Source of the DNA: Alphaproteobacteria bacterium
GTDB taxonomy: Bacteria; Pseudomonadota; Alphaproteobacteria; Micavibrionales; Micavibrionaceae
Assembly (NCBI GenBank): GCA_016699735.1
Contig: CP065008.1
Coordinates: 404,032-468,031, forward strand
Length of the DNA stretch: 64,000 bases
Direction: 5' to 3'
Positions 9,731-19,606 of the stretch are shown piece by piece; positions within the stretch are counted from its first letter, which is position 1, and every line of letters starts with the position of its first letter. Under the pieces are notes generated by a model that was not told the DNA's origin, did not search any database, and saw nothing but the letters and a program-made list of their open reading frames with translations. The position numbers were made by a program, and so were the translations under genes.

Positions 9731-10981
9731 TCAGAGGAACAGAATAAGCAGCCCGGTATAGCCGTAAAGTCGGGCGTTGTTAATCTCGCCCCCCGCATAA
9801 AATCCCGTCAGCGGTACGTCCCCGATCACCTCCCGGACCGCATCGATCTCTTTCTGTGCGGCTTCGGGGGTTTCGGCGAACCCGCGGGCGATGCAGGAGA
9901 TATAAAGTCCGGCCTTCGGTGTGAAAGACCCGCGTTCATTCTCGATTCTCTGGCGCAGCCCAAGCAGGGTCTTCGACAGATCCTCCAGCACCGTCTCCTC
10001 CGTCCTCCGCACGAAAAGCAGGGTTTCCCCGGCGGAAACGCTTTGCGAGAGGGTCAGGCTCTCTTCGGCGGGGTCGATCCCCATGATATTGCGGACAAGG
10101 TAGTCCTTCTGGTCCGATTGTGAAATCGGCAGAGCGATATGGATATGCCCGCTGAACAGGGGCAGAAGCTCCTCAGGCACATCGTCGGAGGATTCCATAT
10201 CCCGAAGGTCGGGAAACGGAGCGGAATCCGCGCTTTCGGCACCCTGGCCTTTCAAATCGCGCAGCAGGGCGCACAGGGCGCTGATCCCGTCCAGTTCATA
10301 AACCGTGGTTCCGCTGGCTTTGGTAATCGTGTGAAACCGGCTGATCGGCTGACAACCTTGCGAAAGCGAGGTGGCAACGGGGATTTTTTCGGAAAAAAAC
10401 ACGCCGCTGACGGAGTTTTCACAGACCGTATTGGCGAATTGGTAGTGATACGACCGTGAGGATGTCAGTCCACCCACGATAAACCCGCTGGAAAGCGAAT
10501 CAAGATCGGCAAGCACGGCCATCGGGTCGTCATCCGCCATCGGGTCGGCATGAACGCAGACAAGGAAGGGCGCATGGGCGTCCAGCCATTTTTTAACCCT
10601 GTTTTGGCTGCGGCCGGAAGCTCGTGCAAGGGAATCGGAATCCTCTTCATCCGTTTCCGGAAAAACGCAGAATTCGTCCTCAGGGAAATGCCCGATCAGC
10701 GCGCTGATGGCCGGCTGGTTGACGAACGCCTGCCCGGTGCCGATGACTCCCATCCCGACCGACCCGATCCAGTGATCGATATGCGTAACCGAGCGGAAGA
10801 GGTTAAGAATGCTCGGCGCAAAATCCGCCAGCATATCGGAGATATAAAGAAAGCCGAAATTAAACTGGTCGTTCTCGGTGCGGATACTTTCAAGCTCTTC
10901 CAGAACGGCTTTGGACGTATCCCGCCAGTCCGTGCCTGAGGCAGCGGCGGCGGCAAATTCTCTGGACGTAAAAAGAGGCAT
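9731..10981 (-). CDS. FIST N/C domain signal-transduction protein
   Basis: GFLYISDMLADFAPSIL...WIGSVGMGVIG (FIST_N-like) and GLYISCIARGFAE...VPLTGFYAGGEI (FIST_C-like). Confidence 0.75.
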   Translation of the reverse strand: MPLFTSREFAAAAASGTDWRDTSKAVLEELESIRTENDQFNFGFLYISDMLADFAPSILNLFRSVTHIDHWIGSVGMGVIGTGQAFVNQPAISALIGHFPEDEFCVFPETDEEDSDSLARASGRSQNRVKKWLDAHAPFLVCVHADPMADDDPMAVLADLDSLSSGFIVGGLTSSRSYHYQFANTVCENSVSGVFFSEKIPVATSLSQGCQPISRFHTITKASGTTVYELDGISALCALLRDLKGQGAESADSAPFPDLRDMESSDDVPEELLPLFSGHIHIALPISQSDQKDYLVRNIMGIDPAEESLTLSQSVSAGETLLFVRRTEETVLEDLSKTLLGLRQRIENERGSFTPKAGLYISCIARGFAETPEAAQKEIDAVREVIGDVPLTGFYAGGEINNARLYGYTGLLILFL

Positions 10982-11078
10982 GATTTTTTCTGCCGGTCAC
11001 TTTATTTTCTGAAGACAAAGCCTTGCGATATCATTAAGATAACCCACAGCGTTTGTTAGGAAAAGGGAATTTAAGGTC

Positions 11079-11642
11079 ATGGAATGGATTGTCTTGGCGG
11101 TCATCGTCGTTGTGGCGCTTGTAATGGTTATGCTTTACAACCGCTTGGTCGCCTTGCGTCAGACGCGCAACAACGCCTTTTCCGATATCGACGTCCAGCT
11201 CAAGCAGCGTTACGACCTCGTGCCCCAGCTTGTGGAAACCGTCAAGGGCTACGCCGCACACGAAAAGCAGGTTTTTGAAAACGTAACCAACGCTAGGGCT
11301 CAGGTCGGCGCGGCCAGAAGCGGCAACCCGGAGAGCCGGATGAAGGCCGAAGGCCTTTTCGGTGGTGCGATTGCCGGACTTCTGGCGGTGGCGGAAAACT
11401 ACCCGCAGCTTAAGGCCGACCAGAATTTCCAGCGCCTGATGGACGAACTCTCCGACATCGAGAACAAGATCGCCGCCGCCCGCCGCTTCTTCAACAGCGC
11501 GACCGCCGAATACAACACCGCAACCGAGCAGTTTCCGGCCGTTCTTATCGCCAACTCCTTCGGCTTCAAGAAGGAAGTCTTCTTCGAACTGGATGAGGCG
11601 GAGAAAGCCGCGGTCCACAAGGCGCCGGTGGTCAAGTTTTAA
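11079..11642 (+). CDS. lemA: LemA family protein
   Basis: N-terminal TM helix, then YNRLVALRQTRNNAFSDIDVQLKQRYDLVPQLVETVKGYAAHEKQVFE, the typical LemA signature. Confidence 0.9.
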   Translation: MEWIVLAVIVVVALVMVMLYNRLVALRQTRNNAFSDIDVQLKQRYDLVPQLVETVKGYAAHEKQVFENVTNARAQVGAARSGNPESRMKAEGLFGGAIAGLLAVAENYPQLKADQNFQRLMDELSDIENKIAAARRFFNSATAEYNTATEQFPAVLIANSFGFKKEVFFELDEAEKAAVHKAPVVKF

Positions 11643-11679
11643 CGCCGCATTATTCGATATGGCCTTCAGGGTTTGAGCA

Positions 11680-12753
11680 ATGGCTGCAACGGTCGGTCTG
11701 AAATCCCACATCTGGAACAATAACCTCCGGTCAGTCATCCTGCTGGTCCTCTATCCGGTCCTGCTGATGATCATGGTCTGGGCGATAAGCCTTGTGATTG
11801 GTGTATCGATGGAGGGGCAGCATCAATATAACACTCAGCCCGACCCAACCGCCTTTGCCAACGCCATCCTTATGGAATACTGGCCCACAATTCTGACGGT
11901 CGTTCTGATCTGGTTTGCCATTTCATGGTTTTTCCACACCTCGATGATTCGCAAACTTTCTCATTCCCACCCGGTGAGCCGGACCGATGAGCCGGAGCTC
12001 TATAACCTCCTCGAAAATCTATGCATATCGCGGGGCATGAAGATGCCGCGCCTCGAAATCATCGAAACCCACGCCCGCAATGCCTTCGCCAGCGGCATAG
12101 ACGAGAAGTCCTACAGCATTACGGTGACACGGGGGCTGATGAACTCCCTGACCCGTGACGAGATGGAGGGGGTTCTGGGCCACGAACTCACCCACATCAT
12201 CAACCGCGACGTTCGCCTTCTGATTATCACCGTGATATTCACCGGAATGTTCGGGTTTGCGGCCCAGCTGGTCTGGAGCAGCATCCGCTATCGCGTCTTC
12301 TACACCCATGGCCGCCGGGACAATAACGGCGGCATCGTCGTGGTCGTGTTTATGATCGCCATCATCCTTTGGCTCGGCTACCTCGCCACGCTTCTTATGC
12401 GCTTTGCCCTCTCGCGCCACCGCGAATATATGGCCGACGCCGGGGCGATCGAACTCACACGAAACCCCGAGGCCATGATGCGCGCCCTTATGCGGATTGC
12501 GGGCCGCGACCGCATCCCCCAGACCACCGACGACATAGCCATGATGTGCATCGAAAACCACGTCCCGTTTCTCGGCCTGTTCGCCACGCACCCGCCGATA
12601 GAGGCCAGGATCAGAGCGATTTCCGAAACCACCGGAACCCCCGTCCCTGAACTTCCGCATACTGGCCCCGCCCCGAAGGAAGAAGCCTTCGCGGCGCTAA
12701 AAGAACAGGGAGAAAGACCCAACCCTTGGCTCACCCGTGGACGCAGGATATAA
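11680..12753 (+). CDS. M48-family (HtpX-like) zinc metalloprotease
   Basis: HELTHIINRD (HExxH) in a multi-TM protein. The lemA-htpX-like pairing is common. Confidence 0.85.
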   Translation: MAATVGLKSHIWNNNLRSVILLVLYPVLLMIMVWAISLVIGVSMEGQHQYNTQPDPTAFANAILMEYWPTILTVVLIWFAISWFFHTSMIRKLSHSHPVSRTDEPELYNLLENLCISRGMKMPRLEIIETHARNAFASGIDEKSYSITVTRGLMNSLTRDEMEGVLGHELTHIINRDVRLLIITVIFTGMFGFAAQLVWSSIRYRVFYTHGRRDNNGGIVVVVFMIAIILWLGYLATLLMRFALSRHREYMADAGAIELTRNPEAMMRALMRIAGRDRIPQTTDDIAMMCIENHVPFLGLFATHPPIEARIRAISETTGTPVPELPHTGPAPKEEAFAALKEQGERPNPWLTRGRRI

Positions 12754-12759
12754 AGAAGC

Positions 12760-14661
12760 ATGACGAACGCCGCCCCCGTTTCCGTCCAGCCCCCGAGCGT
12801 TTCCGCCGAAGCGCAGGAAAAATACGGCAAAGCGCTAACGCTGATTTCCCAAGGCAAAACAGCGGAGGCTAAAATCCTGCTCATCGAAATCCTCGAACAG
12901 GAAAAAATGCCCATTGCCTTTAACGAACTCGGAAAAATCTTTTTTGCCGAGGGCGATTCGGACAGCGCTTTGGGCTGTTACGAGGAGGCGATAGAGGCTG
13001 ACCAAACGCTTCACGAAGCCCTCGCCAACGCCGGCGATCTGTTCATCAAGGAAAATCTGGGCCTGCAGGCGCTGGACTTCTATATGCGGGCGATCATGGC
13101 GAAACCCGACCACATCCCCTACCGCGACCGTTTCATCGCCATCGCTACGAATTTCCATTTCAAGAAACTGATCCCGAACCTTAAGCCGCTGCTCATCGAC
13201 TGTATGCAAAAACCCGGCATCGATCTCAGTAACATCGACCGCACATGGATCAGCGTCCTGACCGCCGACCCCGTCTTTTCCGAACCCCTGAAACTGGTAG
13301 GGGCGAAGGATTACGGCGCCTTTCAGAAAATCTTCTCAAAACTTAAAAACCACGTCGGCCTCGTCGATCCGCTCTTTCTCTCCGGCCTGAAACGCATCCG
13401 CTTCCAGAATCTGGAATTCGAGGGTCTTCTCACGCACCTGCGCCGCTTCATGCTGGATAATCTCAACAACCGCGGCGTTTTCGGCCACCCGGACCTCTTC
13501 ACCCATATCGCCGCCCACCTTGCGCTCTACGCCTTCAAGACCGATTACATTTTTGATTGTGACCCCGAAGAGGAAAAATCGGCACAAAAACTCAAACACC
13601 GGATCGAAAGCGAAGACCGCCTGTCATCGGAGGGTTATCCCTTGCTGGCCCTTCTGGGCGCTTACATCCCGCTTCATTCTCTGACAAACGCGCCGCAAAT
13701 CGCCAGGGCGGGCGTCCCCATGGTCCTGCAGGATCTGGTGGACCAGCAGATCGTTGAGCCGCAGCGCCTCAGGGAGATTGAAAAAACCGTCCCCGTCCTC
13801 GTCCCCGTGGAGAACGAAGTCTCCCAAAAAGTCCGCAGCCAGTACGAAGAGTCTCCCTATCCCCGCTGGACCGACTTCGCCAAAAGACCCTATCACGAGG
13901 AACTGGAGGGGCAATTCCGCGGCAAAAAGGCCAAAATGCTGGTGGCCGGATGCGGCACGGGCCGCGAAGCCATCGAACTCGCCGCCGTTTACCCGGACGC
14001 GGAAATTCTGGCCGTGGACCTCAGCCGCGCCAGCCTCTCCTACGCCATCGACCGCGCAAAACATCTCGGCTTTTCCAACGTCACCTTCAAACAGGCGGAC
14101 ATTCTCGGCCTTGGCATTTTGGGCAAGGATCAATTTGATTTCATCGCCAGCTCCGGCGTCCTCCATCATATGCAGGAACCGCTGAAGGGATGGGAAGTCC
14201 TGCGCGATCTTCTCAAACCCGGCGGCATCATGCGGATCGGCCTCTACAGCCGCATCGCCCACGCCCCGCTGATCGAGGCGCAGAAGATCATAGCCAGACA
14301 CAATCTCGGAGCATCGCCGCAGGATATCCGAACCTTCCGCAAAAATGCCCCCAAATGGCTGGGCCGCAAACTGTTCGACTCCTTCTCCGGCATGATCGAC
14401 TATTACGCCACCGCCGAATGCCGCGATATGTTCTTTCATGTGCAGGAAACGCGCTTCAGCATGCCGGAAATCAAACAGGCTCTGGAAACCCTCGGCCTTG
14501 AATTCAGGGGCTTTAACCTGCCTCTGGCCGTCCTTGAAAATTATCGTAAATTGAACCCTTCGGACCCCGAGGCGCTGGATTTAAGCCGCTGGGACGCCTT
14601 CGAGAAAAAGAACCCGCGCACCTTTGCCTCCATGGTTAATTTCTGGTGCCAAAAACCCTGA
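12760..14661 (+). CDS. TPR-repeat protein fused to class I SAM-dependent methyltransferase
   Basis: N-terminal TPR-like repeats. MTase motif I MLVAGCGTGREAIELA, then AVDLS and FDFIASSGVLHHM. Confidence 0.8.
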   Translation: MTNAAPVSVQPPSVSAEAQEKYGKALTLISQGKTAEAKILLIEILEQEKMPIAFNELGKIFFAEGDSDSALGCYEEAIEADQTLHEALANAGDLFIKENLGLQALDFYMRAIMAKPDHIPYRDRFIAIATNFHFKKLIPNLKPLLIDCMQKPGIDLSNIDRTWISVLTADPVFSEPLKLVGAKDYGAFQKIFSKLKNHVGLVDPLFLSGLKRIRFQNLEFEGLLTHLRRFMLDNLNNRGVFGHPDLFTHIAAHLALYAFKTDYIFDCDPEEEKSAQKLKHRIESEDRLSSEGYPLLALLGAYIPLHSLTNAPQIARAGVPMVLQDLVDQQIVEPQRLREIEKTVPVLVPVENEVSQKVRSQYEESPYPRWTDFAKRPYHEELEGQFRGKKAKMLVAGCGTGREAIELAAVYPDAEILAVDLSRASLSYAIDRAKHLGFSNVTFKQADILGLGILGKDQFDFIASSGVLHHMQEPLKGWEVLRDLLKPGGIMRIGLYSRIAHAPLIEAQKIIARHNLGASPQDIRTFRKNAPKWLGRKLFDSFSGMIDYYATAECRDMFFHVQETRFSMPEIKQALETLGLEFRGFNLPLAVLENYRKLNPSDPEALDLSRWDAFEKKNPRTFASMVNFWCQKP

Positions 14662-14783
14662 AAAACCTGTAACGCCTTGCAGGAGCGGCACGAATAAGAC
14701 AGCAGAAAACACCCTCTGCGAATTATTCGCATATTCTTTGTAATGTGATAGAATAGGGTGTATAAACGGCAAGGTTTTAATTT

Positions 14784-15530
14784 TTGGAGAAAAAAATGCA
14801 ACCTTCTTACCTGTCCAAAGAACGCGCAAAAGGCAGAGAGTTCGATGCCGGCCTGCGTAACTATTTGAATAACATCTATTTCAAAATGGCTACGGGCGTA
14901 CTTCTGACCGCTCTTGTCGCCTACGTTGTAGGAAGCTCACCGACACTCCTTCAGCTTTTTCTAGGCGGTCCACAAAAGCTGATCGTTATTTTTGCACCTG
15001 TGGCCATTTTATGGTTCGGCTTTAATCCGATGAAGATGAGATCATCTCAACTCATGCTGGCCTTCTATGCAGTTTCTGCTTTGTACGGGATTAGCTTTTC
15101 GACAATCGCTGTCCTTGCGGGCCAAGACATGACCTTCGCGGTCGATGTCGCCAAGGCTTTCTTTATAGCCACGGCGATGTTCGCAGGCCTGAGTATTTTC
15201 GGTTATACGACCAAGATCGACCTCTCACCCATGAAAACCTTCCTGTTTATGGGTATCACGGGGTTGTTCGCCGCTGGGCTGCTGAACTACTTCTTGTTTC
15301 AAAGCAGCATGATGTCAAACCTGATCGCTGGTGTCGGGATCGTTGCCTTTTCCGGCCTGACCGTCTGGCAGACCCAGGAAATGAAACGGATGTACGATAT
15401 GGCAAATGCTATGGAGGTTGGTGTAGCAGCGGAAGTCGGGGAGCGCCTCGCATGGGCCGCCGCGCTGAACCTCTACATCAGCTTCATCGTTCTGTTCCAG
15501 AACATCCTGCACTTCATGAACCAGCGCTAA
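14784..15530 (+). CDS. Bax inhibitor-1/YccA family membrane protein (start may be the ATG at 14796)
   Basis: YLNNIYFKMATGVLLTALVAYVV plus seven hydrophobic segments. Typical BI-1 length. Confidence 0.85.
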   Translation: MEKKMQPSYLSKERAKGREFDAGLRNYLNNIYFKMATGVLLTALVAYVVGSSPTLLQLFLGGPQKLIVIFAPVAILWFGFNPMKMRSSQLMLAFYAVSALYGISFSTIAVLAGQDMTFAVDVAKAFFIATAMFAGLSIFGYTTKIDLSPMKTFLFMGITGLFAAGLLNYFLFQSSMMSNLIAGVGIVAFSGLTVWQTQEMKRMYDMANAMEVGVAAEVGERLAWAAALNLYISFIVLFQNILHFMNQR

Positions 15531-15550
15531 TCCGCAACAATTCCGAACAA

Positions 15551-15580
15551 AGCCCCGCCCGCCGCGGGGCTTTTTCTTTT
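15551..15580 (+). terminator. rho-independent terminator
   Basis: 8-bp stem AGCCCCGC/GCGGGGCT, 5-nt loop, then TTTTTCTTTT. Confidence 0.7.
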
Positions 15581-15684
15581 CAGCGTCATCCACCCCAACC
15601 GCATTGACAAAATCCGCGCCTCTGCTAATTTGCCCCTTTCTACATCACAAAACGATAATATAACTCTTTGAGGAGGGCTTAACT

Positions 15685-16119
15685 ATGTTGAAGGAGTTCA
15701 AGGACTTTATCGCCCGCGGCAATGTCATGGACATGGCGGTCGGGATTATTATGGGCGCGGCCTTTACCGCGATCGTCAATTCCATGGTGGGCGACCTCAT
15801 CATGCCCGTCATCGGTGTGCTGACCAGCGGCGTGGACTTCGCCGACAAGTTCGTGGCCCTCGACGGCAATTCCTACGCCAGTCTGAAAGCCGCCAAGGAC
15901 GCCGGAGTCAGCGTCATGTCCTACGGCATTTTCATCAACGCCGTCATCAACTTCCTGATCATTTCCTTCGTGGTCTTCATGCTCGTCAAGGGCGTCAACA
16001 AGATCAAGGCCGCCGCCGAGAAGGAAGAAAAGGACAAGGCCGCCGCCGCCCCTCCCGCGCCACCCGCGGACGTGGTCCTCTTGGGCGAAATCCGCGACCT
16101 GCTGAAAAAGGCCGCCTGA
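15685..16119 (+). CDS. mscL: large-conductance mechanosensitive channel MscL
   Basis: [44 protein letters not shown] is a near-canonical MscL N-terminus. Confidence 0.95.
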   Translation: MLKEFKDFIARGNVMDMAVGIIMGAAFTAIVNSMVGDLIMPVIGVLTSGVDFADKFVALDGNSYASLKAAKDAGVSVMSYGIFINAVINFLIISFVVFMLVKGVNKIKAAAEKEEKDKAAAAPPAPPADVVLLGEIRDLLKKAA

Positions 16120-16145
16120 AATCGGCCGGAATCCTGAAAATTAAG

Positions 16146-16174
16146 AACGGCGCCCTCATCGGCGCCGTTTTTTG
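16146..16174 (+). terminator. rho-independent terminator
   Basis: 9-bp stem AACGGCGCC/GGCGCCGTT, 6-nt loop, T-run. Confidence 0.75.
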
Positions 16175-16226
16175 GCTTGAAATCCCCCCCTTTTCGCAGT
16201 ACTCATTACCCCTGCCTTTTCAAAAA

Positions 16227-16302
<76 letters not shown>

Positions 16303-16425
16303 ACTTACCTGTTAGCAACGTTCACCAGCAACCACGATTGACCGCAAACCCCTTGTAAATAAAGGGGTTTAGTTTTTTCTGCATTCTTTTCTGTTCGCAG
16401 ATATTCGTTTACAGCCCGAAAATTA

Positions 16426-16467
16426 GGGGGCAAGATATGGGGGCAAGCAGAAAAAACAGGGGGCAAG
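16426..16467 (+). promoter_or_regulatory. three direct copies of GGGGGCAAG (candidate integrase/Xis arm-type sites)
   Basis: Copies at 16426-16434, 16439-16447 and 16459-16467, directly upstream of the int ATG. Related copies lie at the other island end (34227-34247). Confidence 0.5.
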
Positions 16468-17700
16468 ATGAAGCTCACAAACACATCCTGTAAGAACGCC
16501 AAGCCGGACAAGAAGCCATACAAGCGCTTTGACGGTGGGGGTTTGTATCTGGAAGTGATGCCGAATGGCAACAAACTCTGGCGCGTGAAATACCGCTATC
16601 TAGGGACAGAGCGCCGCCTGTCCTTGGGGGCATATCCCCTCATTACGCTGGCCGAGGCACGGGAAGGACGAGACGAGATCAAAAAGCTTCTTGCAAAGGA
16701 GATAGATCCCGCGAACGCAAAGAGAGAACGGAGGCACCAGATCAAGAGAGATGCGGAAAACACCTTCAAGGCCTTAGCTCTAGAGTGGCTGGACACTCAT
16801 TCGCACCGCTGGAGCGAGGGATACACGAATAAGGTCAAGCGGCTGCTTGAATTGCACCTGTTCCCGCATATCGCGCATCGTCCCATATCGCAAATCACGC
16901 CGCCAGAGCTTCTGGAGTGCTTAAGGAAAGTAGAAAAATCTGGGGCTTTGGATATGGCTGGACGCGCCAAGCAGGTGGCAGGGCAGATTTTCAGATACGG
17001 GATACAGACGGGCCGCTGTGAACGGGATGCCTCTGCGGATCTGAAAGGCGCCCTGAAAACCCACAAAACAGAGCATTACCGCACTTTAGAGGAAAAGCAA
17101 CTTGGGCCTTTTCTAAAGGCACTAGATCGTAATGAAGCCCGCCTATATCAGCGCACACGCCGCGCAATCTGGCTCTCCTTGCTGACATTTCAAAGGCCGG
17201 GGGAAATTCGGCAAGCCCGCTGGAGCGATATAGATATGGAGCAGGGAATTTGGTCTATGCCTGCACCAAACACGAAAAGCCGGAGAGCGCACATCGTGCC
17301 CCTCAGCAAGCAAGCCTTAAAAATATTGAAAGAACAACAGGATGAAACCGGATTCTTGAATACCGATTACGTTTTTCCTTCGCAAATCCGTCCAAGAGAA
17401 TCCATGAGCGATGGAACGGTGAACAGAGCTATAAAACGACTAGGATTCGGTGAAAGCATGGTAGCGCATGGCGTAAGAGCTTTGGCGCGGACATTGCTAC
17501 GGGAAACGCTGGGCTTTGATAGCGAAGTCATAGAAAAGCAACTGTCGCATAAAACCAAAAACCCACTAGGGGAAGCTTACGACCGGACGCAGTTTCTTCC
17601 CCAGCGCCGCAAGATGATGCAGGTATGGGCAGATTATTTGGATACAAACTCTCAACAAGAACAAATGGTTGTAGGAATAATTAAGATAAGGAGCGCATAG
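16468..17700 (+). CDS. int: tyrosine-type integrase (P4/DUF4102 N-terminal class)
   Basis: N-terminus KPYKRFDGGGLYLEVMPNGNKLWRVKYRYLGTERRLSLGAYP is the typical P4-integrase arm-binding domain. C-terminal HGVRALART...LSH region. Adjacent to the tRNA. Confidence 0.9.
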   Translation: MKLTNTSCKNAKPDKKPYKRFDGGGLYLEVMPNGNKLWRVKYRYLGTERRLSLGAYPLITLAEAREGRDEIKKLLAKEIDPANAKRERRHQIKRDAENTFKALALEWLDTHSHRWSEGYTNKVKRLLELHLFPHIAHRPISQITPPELLECLRKVEKSGALDMAGRAKQVAGQIFRYGIQTGRCERDASADLKGALKTHKTEHYRTLEEKQLGPFLKALDRNEARLYQRTRRAIWLSLLTFQRPGEIRQARWSDIDMEQGIWSMPAPNTKSRRAHIVPLSKQALKILKEQQDETGFLNTDYVFPSQIRPRESMSDGTVNRAIKRLGFGESMVAHGVRALARTLLRETLGFDSEVIEKQLSHKTKNPLGEAYDRTQFLPQRRKMMQVWADYLDTNSQQEQMVVGIIKIRSA

Positions 17701-17706
17701 TTATCC

Positions 17707-18471
17707 ATGGCCACAGAGAGGAAAAATAAAGCCGATCCCTTTTTTTTAGCATCCGAAACGCTAGCAGAATTAGAAGAATCTGAAAGAATAAATATCAAAA
17801 AAAAATTATATGAAATATTCGAAAAGTGGAAAAATGAACATGGGGTTTATCCACCTAGGGCAGCCGGAATGATAGGAGTGTTAATAGAGCTTGGACTAAG
17901 ACCGAAGAAGCCTGATCCAGAACCTGCCAAAGCTTATATTGAAAGACAAAAGCTTATAGCCTTAGAAGCCGATACTGTTCCAAAGCACATTGAAGCTTGG
18001 GAGTGTGACAGCTTTGCTGACACACCAGTAAAGCTTTTTTATAAACTTAAAGCAGATAACTATGAACCGATAACAAGCATCATTATGGAAAGCGGAGAAC
18101 CTCACACTCTAGCGACCGCCATGTTGTTATGTAAATCGATAGCAAAGCATCAATGCTTGTGTTGTAACGAAGCGGCTTTTAGGCTGGCAGAATACTTCAA
18201 AGAACAAACAAAAAAATATAAAACACCAGCACTTAAGAAAAGCAGAGTTTTAAAAGAGAATCATGAAAAGAGAACAATAGAAGTCAAGGCTACTAAACAA
18301 GAAATTCACTCACTAGCATCACAATTTTTATACGAAGGCAAGGCAAAATCCAACATTGTGAGCCTAATTCATAAAAAAATTAAAGAAAAAATAAGTAAAA
18401 GGCAGATAAGAAGACACCTAGAGGATCATCCCTCTAGCAACTGGATATCTAAAAACATCAAAAAAAAGTGA
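17707..18471 (+). CDS. hypothetical protein (254 aa, Lys-rich)
   Basis: ORF in island context, starting 7 nt after the int stop. No motif recognised. Confidence 0.45.
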   Translation: MATERKNKADPFFLASETLAELEESERINIKKKLYEIFEKWKNEHGVYPPRAAGMIGVLIELGLRPKKPDPEPAKAYIERQKLIALEADTVPKHIEAWECDSFADTPVKLFYKLKADNYEPITSIIMESGEPHTLATAMLLCKSIAKHQCLCCNEAAFRLAEYFKEQTKKYKTPALKKSRVLKENHEKRTIEVKATKQEIHSLASQFLYEGKAKSNIVSLIHKKIKEKISKRQIRRHLEDHPSSNWISKNIKKK

Positions 18472-18560
18472 CATCGCGTTAGGCATGTCACTCTGTAATT
18501 CCCCATATTTGATTTCATGCAACGCATGGTGCGTTCACTGACATTTACATGGGGTAATAA

Positions 18561-18758
18561 ATGCAAATCTCTTTATCTATAGAAGAAGCCCGTGCTGCAA
18601 CTGGCTTAGGCAGAACAAAGCTATATCAACTAATAAACTCCGGTGAATTAAAAGCCCGCAAGATTGGAAAGCGGACCATCATCCTGAAGGAAGACCTTGA
18701 AGATTTTTTAAACAACCTTCAGCCCTATAATTCCATAACATCAAGCATAAGACCATGA
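18561..18758 (+). CDS. AlpA/excisionase-family helix-turn-helix protein
   Basis: 65 aa. LSIEEARAATGLGRTKLYQLINSGELKARKIGKRTII is the MerR-type excisionase HTH pattern. Confidence 0.75.
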   Translation: MQISLSIEEARAATGLGRTKLYQLINSGELKARKIGKRTIILKEDLEDFLNNLQPYNSITSSIRP

Positions 18759-19606
18759 GAAGTATTACATGCTTTAAAAAGGCACTAGATCAGCTTGGCC
18801 TAAACACTAACGATAAGATAATCCCAGACGGCAAGCTGCGTCGTTTTCATGTGAAAGGTGACAAACCCGGCTCAAAAAACGGTTGGTATGTTCTATATGA
18901 AGACGGCCTGCCTTCTGGTGCTTTCGGATGCTGGAAGCGCGGCATTTCGGAAACATGGTGCGCAAAGCCTCACAGGGAACTGACACAGGCGCAGAGGGAA
19001 CAAAACCGCAGCCGCATGATCGAGGCGCAAAAGGCCCGCGAAACCGAGGAAGCCGAACGGAGGCAAGCTGCGAGAGATCAGGCGCTGCTGATCTGGAAGT
19101 CCTCGCCCCTAGCGCCGGACAGTCACCTCTATCTGGTGAAAAAAGGCATTAAAAGTCACGGCCTGCGCTTGTATAAGGGCTTGCTGGTTATTCCTATGTG
19201 CGACAGCGCTGGGAATCTTCACAGCCTGCAATTCATCGACGAAGATGGGAACAAACGTTTCCTGTCCGATGGGCGGAAAAAGAGCTGCTATTTTCTCGTA
19301 GGAAGCCCGCTGGATTCGGTCTGCGTTTGCGAAGGCTTTGCCACCGCCGCCAGCATATATGAGGCTTCAGGTTATCCTGTGGCGGTAGCCTTTGATTCTG
19401 GAAACCTTACTGCTGTGGCGGTGGCTTTAAGAGCCAAATACCCCACTTACAAGATTATTTTGTGCGCCGATAATGACGCTCATACAAAAGGCAATCCCGG
19501 CCTGACCAAAGCACGCGAAGCCGCCGATTATATTGATGGATATCTCGCTGTTCCGCCAAACGCGGGTGATTTTAATGATTTGTCGCATCAAAAATCCCAT
19601 GAATAA
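18755..19606 (+). CDS. Toprim-domain DNA primase-like protein
   Basis: FHVKGDKPGSKNGWYVLYEDGLPSGAFGCWKRG resembles a P4-alpha-like primase N-terminus. Toprim acidic cluster CEGFATAAS...ILCADNDAHTKGNPG. 4-nt overlap with the alpA-like gene. Confidence 0.7.
   Translation: MRSITCFKKALDQLGLNTNDKIIPDGKLRRFHVKGDKPGSKNGWYVLYEDGLPSGAFGCWKRGISETWCAKPHRELTQAQREQNRSRMIEAQKARETEEAERRQAARDQALLIWKSSPLAPDSHLYLVKKGIKSHGLRLYKGLLVIPMCDSAGNLHSLQFIDEDGNKRFLSDGRKKSCYFLVGSPLDSVCVCEGFATAASIYEASGYPVAVAFDSGNLTAVAVALRAKYPTYKIILCADNDAHTKGNPGLTKAREAADYIDGYLAVPPNAGDFNDLSHQKSHE

Noticed and set aside
11034-14439. Antisense ORFs over lemA, the htpX-like gene and the TPR-methyltransferase gene (11034-11738, 12019-12660, 12378-12914, 13624-14439, minus strand)
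   Set aside because: The sense-strand genes have unambiguous family signatures. The antisense ORFs are GC-driven artefacts.
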